Origin: an uncultured delta proteobacterium
GTDB lineage: Bacteria > Desulfobacterota > Zymogenia > Zymogenales > Zymogenaceae
Direction: 5' to 3'
Length of the DNA stretch: 64,000 nt
Assembly (NCBI GenBank): GCA_963735595.1
Contig: CAVTLK010000005.1
Coordinates: 480,001 to 544,000, forward strand
Shown: positions 57,519 to 64,000 of the stretch, one piece after another
How the letters are laid out: each line of letters starts with the position of its first letter
How positions within the stretch are numbered: position 1 is the stretch's first letter
The notes under the pieces: model-generated
Database searches by the model: none
Seen by the model: the letters and a program-made list of their open reading frames with translations, nothing else
What the model was told of the DNA's origin: nothing
Translations under genes and position numbers: made by a program

Positions 57519-60206
57519 ATGACATCAGGAAAAGTACGGACGCGCCTTTTGATTGTCGAAGACAATCCCGTTGAAACACAGCGCATTAGTCAGATGCTTT
57601 CCGAGGCGGCGGGCCGGGAGTTCGCTGTGGACGCCGTTGCCGGCCTCGCCAAAGGGTTGGGCATCCTCGACCGGGAGAGTTTCGACGCCGTCCTCCTTGA
57701 CACCGATCTATCCGTCGGCTCAGGTACGGATACGCTCAGAGAGATCCTCGTCCGCCACCCGCATGTCCCGGTTATCGTTATTTCCGACGCCGAAGACGAG
57801 GGGACAGCTGCCCGGGTAATCCGAGAGGGCGCCCGGGATTATCTGATCAGGGGACGGATAGACGGCGCTACGGTCGCAGAAGCGGCCCGCCGTGCGATCG
57901 GGAGAAGGCCCGATCGTGATCGAGACGAAACCATCCATCGGGAGATAGACACGGGAATCGAAGAGCAAATGGCCCGGTTGGAGCACATAACCGAGGAACT
58001 GACCGAGCGCAATGAATTTAATTTCGCGTTGTTTGAGCACAATCCTATAGAAACCATCGTCGTCGACCTCGAGGGGAAGATTGTCAACTTCAACCGGGCC
58101 AAAAGGCTGACGGAGGGAAGGGTACCGAAGGTCGGGGAGTTGATGTATCGTGACTTTGCGGGCGGCCACCAAAACGACATGTGGCAGGAGATGATGGACG
58201 CCATCGTCGGCGGAACGGTCAAGCACTTCCCCGCGCAGAAGTACGATGACCGCTACCTCGCGATAACCATCTCGCCCTTTTCTCGGGGCGCTATCATCAC
58301 GTCCCAGGACATTACGGCCCAGAGAGAGGCCCAGGAGGCCCTCAGGGAATCCGAAGAGAAATACCGCCTGGTCGTGGAAAACGCCGTAGACGGGGTCGCG
58401 ATCGTCCGGGACGGCCTGATCAGCTATCTCAACCCGGCCGCCTGCTCGATCATGGGCTATCCGAAGGGGGAGCTGATAGGCAGGGGATTCCTCGAATGCG
58501 TTATCCCCGAAGAACGAGACGAGGCAGCGTGGGAGTACGAGCGCAAGCTCTCCGGAGATCAGCTCAGGTACCCCACAACGCTCAGGTTCGTCGGCAAGGA
58601 CGGATCACTCCGATGGGCCGAGATCAGCGCCGTGGCGGCATCCTGGGAGGGGAAGCAGGTCCTGCTCTCCTTCATACAGGACGTCACCGACCGGAAGAAA
58701 ACCGAGGAGGTGCTCAGGCAGTTCGAGGAAAAATGGCGGAATTTTATCGAAACCTCCCGGGATATTATTTTTTTGACGACGACCGAGGGCAAGATCGTCG
58801 ATATAAATCCGGCGGGACTGGAGCTTTCCGGGTATACGCGGGAGGAATTCATCGGGAAGAACATAGCCGAGAGCTACGCGAATCCCCGGGATTGGGAGCC
58901 CTTCATCGGATCGATAGTAGAAAAGGGGTTCGTAAAGGATTTCGCGCTGGACCTGCTACGGAAAGACGGGTCGGTCGCCCATTGCCTTGTCACGGCTTCC
59001 CAGCGCAAAGATAAGGGCGGCAACGTCATCGGGTTCCACGGGATCATCAAGGATATAACCGAGAAAAAGAACCTGGAACAGCAGCTCATCCAGTCCCAGA
59101 AGATGGAGGCCATCGTAGCCCTGGCGGGAGGTATAGCCCATACCTTCAACAATATTCTCGTCGGGATCATGGGATACTCCGAGTACCTTTTGAGTAAGAA
59201 GGATGTGGGTGATCCCGACTATAAGGCGCTCAAGACCATTAACGAGGGAACCATCAAGGCGTCCACTCTCGTCGGGCAGCTCCTGGACGCGGCGCGGGTC
59301 GGGCAGTATCACCCCGGCAGGGTAAACCTGAACGACGTCGTAACCGGTACTCTCCCGCTCGTCGAGGGCACCTTTGAAAAGGCGATCGAGGTCACGACAA
59401 ATCTGGGCGGCGACCTGCTGATTATCGAGGGCGACGCCGGCCAGCTGGAGCAGAGCGTGCTCAATCTCTGCATCAACGCCAGAGACGCGATGCCGTCCGG
59501 GGGCAGGCTCGTCATTGAGACCACGAACAGGCGGGTGGATAAAGATTTCGCGGATACGCATCTCGGGCTCCGCGAGGGGGACTACGTTGTGCTGTCTGTC
59601 TCCGACACCGGCGTCGGAATGACCCCGAATGTCAAGGAACGGATATTCGAGCCGTTTTTCACCACGAAGGAAGGGGTCGGCGTAACGGGGATGGGGCTTT
59701 CAACGGTGTACGGGATCATGAAAACCCACGGGGGCAAGATAACCGTATACAGCGAGCCCGGCAAGGGGACGACGTTCCGGCTCTACTTCCCGGCCCTGAT
59801 GGATCAATCGACCGATTCCGCCGATCAAAACGGAGAGCGTGGAGGCAAGATCCTCATCATCGACGATGATCCCGGTATCAGGGAAGTCTGGAGCCGTTTC
59901 CTGTTTAGCCACGGTTTTACGGTTCTTGACGCCAAGGACGGCCGGGCGGGAATCGAGCTCTTCCGCGCGCGGCGCGACGAGATAGACCTCGTTATCGTCG
60001 ACCTGGTCATGCCGGGTATGGGCGGTAAGGAAACCATCCCGAGGCTCAGGGAGATAAAGCCGGATATAAAGGTACTGGGCTGTTCGGGATACAGCGCCAA
60101 CGGCCAGGCGCGGGAGATGGTTTCGCTGTCCCCGGACGGCTTTATACAGAAGCCGCCGGAGCTTTCCGAGCTCCTGGAAACGGTCAAAAAGATCCTGGAC
60201 AAATAA
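57519..60206 (+). CDS. Hybrid histidine kinase REC-PAS-PAS-PAS-HisKA-HATPase-REC
   Basis: N-terminal REC, PAS repeats (QDIT/QDVT/KDIT), GGIAHTFNN, NARDAM, DTGVG, EPFFTTK, C-terminal REC (DLVMPG). Confidence 0.92.
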   Translation: MTSGKVRTRLLIVEDNPVETQRISQMLSEAAGREFAVDAVAGLAKGLGILDRESFDAVLLDTDLSVGSGTDTLREILVRHPHVPVIVISDAEDEGTAARVIREGARDYLIRGRIDGATVAEAARRAIGRRPDRDRDETIHREIDTGIEEQMARLEHITEELTERNEFNFALFEHNPIETIVVDLEGKIVNFNRAKRLTEGRVPKVGELMYRDFAGGHQNDMWQEMMDAIVGGTVKHFPAQKYDDRYLAITISPFSRGAIITSQDITAQREAQEALRESEEKYRLVVENAVDGVAIVRDGLISYLNPAACSIMGYPKGELIGRGFLECVIPEERDEAAWEYERKLSGDQLRYPTTLRFVGKDGSLRWAEISAVAASWEGKQVLLSFIQDVTDRKKTEEVLRQFEEKWRNFIETSRDIIFLTTTEGKIVDINPAGLELSGYTREEFIGKNIAESYANPRDWEPFIGSIVEKGFVKDFALDLLRKDGSVAHCLVTASQRKDKGGNVIGFHGIIKDITEKKNLEQQLIQSQKMEAIVALAGGIAHTFNNILVGIMGYSEYLLSKKDVGDPDYKALKTINEGTIKASTLVGQLLDAARVGQYHPGRVNLNDVVTGTLPLVEGTFEKAIEVTTNLGGDLLIIEGDAGQLEQSVLNLCINARDAMPSGGRLVIETTNRRVDKDFADTHLGLREGDYVVLSVSDTGVGMTPNVKERIFEPFFTTKEGVGVTGMGLSTVYGIMKTHGGKITVYSEPGKGTTFRLYFPALMDQSTDSADQNGERGGKILIIDDDPGIREVWSRFLFSHGFTVLDAKDGRAGIELFRARRDEIDLVIVDLVMPGMGGKETIPRLREIKPDIKVLGCSGYSANGQAREMVSLSPDGFIQKPPELSELLETVKKILDK

Positions 60207-60231
60207 AAAGGGGGCCGAGGCCCCCTTTTTT
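60205..60231. terminator. Bidirectional terminator
   Basis: AAAAAGGGGGCC-GA-GGCCCCCTTTTT between convergent genes. Confidence 0.75.
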
Positions 60232-60250
60232 GTTTCTATCACGATCGATC

Positions 60251-62213
60251 CTACAGCTTCAGTTCCCCCAGCCCCAGCTCTTTGATCTTATCCTTCGTCG
60301 GGCCGCCGGTGGTCCGGTCCCAGCCCATCATCTCGAAGAAGCCCTTCTCGAGCCCCGGCATATCGAGGGTCAGTCCCTTGTGGGGGCCGGCCGTCATCGG
60401 GGGGCTGCCCCATCCGCGGCCGTGCATGGCGGCGTCCTTGGCCTTGAGCCCCTCGCGGACGTTGAAGGCCTTACGCAGCGACAGCAGCCGCTCTCCGATG
60501 ACCCAGTAGTCGTCGGGCCCGAGCTTCCAGCCGGTCGAGGCGTTGATGTATTCGATGATCGGAAGCGGGCTCGTCAACGGGCCGAACTCGCACATCCCGC
60601 AGCCGTTCATGATCTGCATATAGACCGTTGTCGCTTTGTAGAGGGCAACGTCCTTCATCTGGCCCTTGGCTGCCTTGATCTCTTTCTTGGCCCGGGGGAA
60701 GATCTTCTTAACCCCCCAAAGGTTGCCGTACAGGAGGCTGGCGATGGTATGGCGGCCGGGGGTCGGCTCGCACTGGTAGGCGAGCGCAAAGCCCTTGTCG
60801 AGCTTGGGATCGTGCATGGGAAGCTCCTGGCCTCCCGCGTGCACGGCGTATTTATCCGGCGCCCTTGCCGATCTCCTCGGCGGCCTTACGGGAGCCGTCG
60901 GCCAGGAGGTCGCCGATTCCCTTGCGCTCGATGATCATCTCTACGAGCTTCTTGATCTCGGCGGACTTACCCCAGCCGAGCTTGAGGCCCCCGGTATCCT
61001 TTTCGGTGATGATGCCTTTCTCGAAGCATTCTATGGCAAAGGCTACCGTCCCGCCGGTAGAGATCGTATCGATGCCGGCGCGGTTGCACATCTCGTTGAT
61101 CTCGACGATGGAGTCCAGATCGTCGTGGAGGATCAGCGCGCCAAAGGCGCAGAGGGTCTCGTACTCGGGCTTGTGCCCCTCGGTCCCCTTGTATTTTCCG
61201 GTCTTGATGTCGAAGATCCCGCCGCAGCCCAGCGGGCAGGACTGGCAGTGATATTTCTTCTTCTCGTTCCTGACGAGCTCCTTATCCGAGAGCTTGTAGC
61301 TCATCGTGTCGACCGGGAACTCTTTGTAGCCCACGCCGTCCCAGTTCTTGACCGGGCTGTCGCCCACTTCCGCCGAGTAGCCCGTCAGGCCGCCGGTGCC
61401 GTACTGCTTCATGAGGAGCCGGACGGTGGAGGGCTGGGTCGGGATGGAGACGCCGGTGCGCCCGATGATCTTGCTGATGAAGTTGAGCAGCATGACGGAT
61501 ATCTTGTCGGGCGGGCCGATCTTCTTGAACTTGTTCATGAACTTCTTATTGAGGTCTTTCATCTTCTCCGGGTCGGCAACCGTAACCTTGCCCTTGCCGC
61601 GGACGGAAAACGCCTTGAGCTTCTTGGAGCCCATGACGGCGCCCAGGCCCGAGCGGGCGGCGATCCGGCCGCTGTCGGTAACGACCCCGGAGATGAGGGA
61701 GATCTTTTCCCCGGACTGCCCGATGCTGGCAACCTGGATGTTCTTGTCCTTGAGGTCGGCCTTGATGATCTCTTCCGTCTCGACGGTGTCTTTACCCCAT
61801 AGCTTTTTGGCGTCCTTGAACTCGATCTTCTCGTCGGCGATATGCACCCAGACGGGTTCCTTGGCCGCCCCGGTGAAAAAGACCGCGTCGTACCCGGCCT
61901 TTTTGAGCTCGTTGGAGAAAAAGCCGCCCGAGTTTGCGTCGCCCCAGCCGCCGGTCAGCGGCGACTTGCCGACGACCATGTAGCGTCCGGAAAACATGGC
62001 GCCCGTCCCGGTCAAGAGCCCCGTGCAGAAGCCGAGGTAGCTCTCGGCGGAGAGGGGATTGATACCCGGTTTCTGCCGTTCGGTGATGACCGCGGCGCCC
62101 AGCCCATAGCCCGAGAGATACTTCTTGTAGAATTCCTCTTTCGGCTTGATAACGTCGAAGCTTTTCTTTCCCAGATCAATGATCAGGTATTTTCCCGTGA
62201 ATCCGCCCGGCAT
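60251..62213 (-). CDS. Aldehyde:ferredoxin oxidoreductase (W/Mo AOR family), frameshifted at about 60857
   Basis: KSPLTG, GAVMGSKKLKA, C..CPLGC, PEYET, GIDTISTG; removing one base in GCCGGATAA gives GADKYAVHAGGQELPMHDPK. Confidence 0.88.
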
Positions 62214-62681
62214 ACTGGCCTCCGTTATTGTATGGTGAGTTTCAATTACCTATTATATACGTGCGGTGGGGGAAAGCAATATCTTTTTATAGTGCAAGCC
62301 CGCGTATCGGCCGATCGGCGGGTCTTGGGGTCTATACCGGGTCGATGATCTGTTTCAGGTTCTCGGGGCGCTACCTCAATAGGCTTTCAAGGATATCTAT
62401 GTCGTTGGTGCTTTTATAGTTTTCTGATTCTTTCTCTCTTAATTGACCTCCAAGGATCATTTCCAGTTTTGAGATATAGTAGTGCTCTATTGTTACCACT
62501 CCTTCACTGGAATGGTAAGATGAACGGGTTTATATAGTTTTCGGTTCTTGCTGAGAGAAATAGTACGAGAAAAGTAACGAGAGGAACTTAATTGACTCCT
62601 CGATAATAAGTCTCGATGGGACTAACCTTCATAATGGCTCACAGTATATGCAGATAACAGAATCCCTGCATTTCAATAAAA

Positions 62682-64000
62682 TCACTTCGACAGCACGTCA
62701 TTGAGCAGTGCGACTAACGCATCGACGTTAAAAGGTTTCTCGATGTACCTGTTATTGGTGGTCTGTAGGAATAATAGCGTATCTTTGTTCAGGACGTCCC
62801 CGGTTATGAAAACGACCTTGTCCGCTATCTCGGGGTGGTGCTTATGGATATAGATGAACAGCCCCTTTCCGTCAATTCCCGGCATCTTAATGTCAGATAT
62901 CACCGCATCGTATTTTCGCTTCTCGATTAGACGTATGGCTTCCTCCCCGGATGAAGCCGCCTCAATAAAGAACCCTCCCTCGGTAAGGGATTCCTCCAGG
63001 AGGTTCCGGAGCGACTCCTCGTCCTCTACCACGAGCACGGTCTTAACGCCTTTCGGCACCTTTACGGGGGTCTTGACCTCCTCTCCTTTCTCTTCTTCTC
63101 TCTCTTCCGTCATCGGAAGCGTCACGATAAACTTTGTACCCTTGCCCGGTTCGCTTTCCGCTGAGATGGTTCCACCGTGCTCCTTGATAATACCGTAGGC
63201 CATGCTGAGCCCAAGGCCCGTTCCCTTCCCAACTTCCTTTGTGGTAAAGAACGGATCGAATATCTTCTTGACCAACTCCTTGTCAATACCCGGGCCGTTA
63301 TCCTCGAACTCTATTAGGATAGCATTATCTTTTCTGTAAGTTCTGATGATAAGCGCCGCTTTCTCGCGATCGGCAAGCGCATCGCGGGCGTTATTGATGA
63401 TGTTGATAAAGACCTGGTGAAGCTGGTAGGCATCGGCGTATGTCTCGGAGAGATCCTCGGAAAACAAAGTCCCCACGGAAATATTGCTGACCTTTAAATC
63501 GTATTCCCTGAGCTTGAGCGCTTCCATCAGGGTATTGTTGATATTGACCATCTTGCGTTCCGGCTTGTGCTCCCGGGCGAACGCCAACAACCCGCCGACT
63601 ATCTTTGAAGATCGTATCGATTCTTTGAGGATGACGCTCAGTTTGTTCTTGATGTCCGCGGGCACGTCTCGTTTCGCAAGCAACTGCGCGTTGCCGATGA
63701 TCGAGGTGAGCGGGTTGTTGAGCTCGTGGGCTACACCGGAGATCATCGTGCCCACGGCCGAGAGTTTCTCGGTCTGCAGAAGCTGAAGTTCCAGATTTCT
63801 CTTTTCCGTGATGTCTCTCACCACGCCCTGAAAACCGACGGCGTTTCCATCCTTGTCCGTTATGGAAGTAACCGTCACCAGGGCATTGATCAGCGTACCG
63901 TCCTTCTTCTTTAGCTTCAGCTCGCGGGAGTCAATAAATCCTTTTCTCAGTACTTCCTTCACGAATTTTTCACGATCTTCAGGATCGGCATAAAAATCGA
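62682..64000 (-). CDS. Hybrid PAS-histidine kinase-REC (5' end outside window)
   Basis: GVAHELNNPL, NARDA, DNGPG, DPFFTTK, GTGLGLS, REC DIKMPG; frame open to window edge. Confidence 0.92.
   Translation of the reverse strand, partial: DFYADPEDREKFVKEVLRKGFIDSRELKLKKKDGTLINALVTVTSITDKDGNAVGFQGVVRDITEKRNLELQLLQTEKLSAVGTMISGVAHELNNPLTSIIGNAQLLAKRDVPADIKNKLSVILKESIRSSKIVGGLLAFAREHKPERKMVNINNTLMEALKLREYDLKVSNISVGTLFSEDLSETYADAYQLHQVFINIINNARDALADREKAALIIRTYRKDNAILIEFEDNGPGIDKELVKKIFDPFFTTKEVGKGTGLGLSMAYGIIKEHGGTISAESEPGKGTKFIVTLPMTEEREEEKGEEVKTPVKVPKGVKTVLVVEDEESLRNLLEESLTEGGFFIEAASSGEEAIRLIEKRKYDAVISDIKMPGIDGKGLFIYIHKHHPEIADKVVFITGDVLNKDTLLFLQTTNNRYIEKPFNVDALVALLNDVLSK

Noticed and set aside
60840..60870. 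Split AOR as two genuine subunits, or stop-codon readthrough
   Set aside because: The stop is TAA and the downstream part is in another frame; a one-base deletion restores a continuous family sequence

Overview
A 64 kb GC-rich (roughly 60% by eye) bacterial chromosomal segment. Gene content suggests an anaerobic Gram-negative, Desulfobacterota/deltaproteobacterium-like organism (inference). The backbone is housekeeping and metabolic: glk-fba, dapB-FAH-dapL, queA-tgt-yajC-secDF, ilvB-ilvN-ilvN, zupT, GH116, AOR and two hybrid kinases. B12-dependent modules include a non-pyrrolysine MttB plus corrinoid protein, a B12 radical SAM enzyme, and an isobutyryl-CoA-mutase-type cluster containing a Cys-less thiolase-fold protein with a DUF35 partner. 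The most notable accessory feature is an AT-rich three-gene cassette (41.6-43.6 kb): a Panacea antitoxin carrying a MazE-like C-terminal tail, then MazF, then an ApeA-like HEPN protein. A second, zeta-like TA pair lies about 1 kb away. Several REP/MITE-like palindromic elements occupy intergenic gaps. Four genes are split by single-base indels, most likely sequence error. I saw no rRNA, tRNA, CRISPR array, integrase or transposase. All family assignments come from recalled motifs, not database searches.
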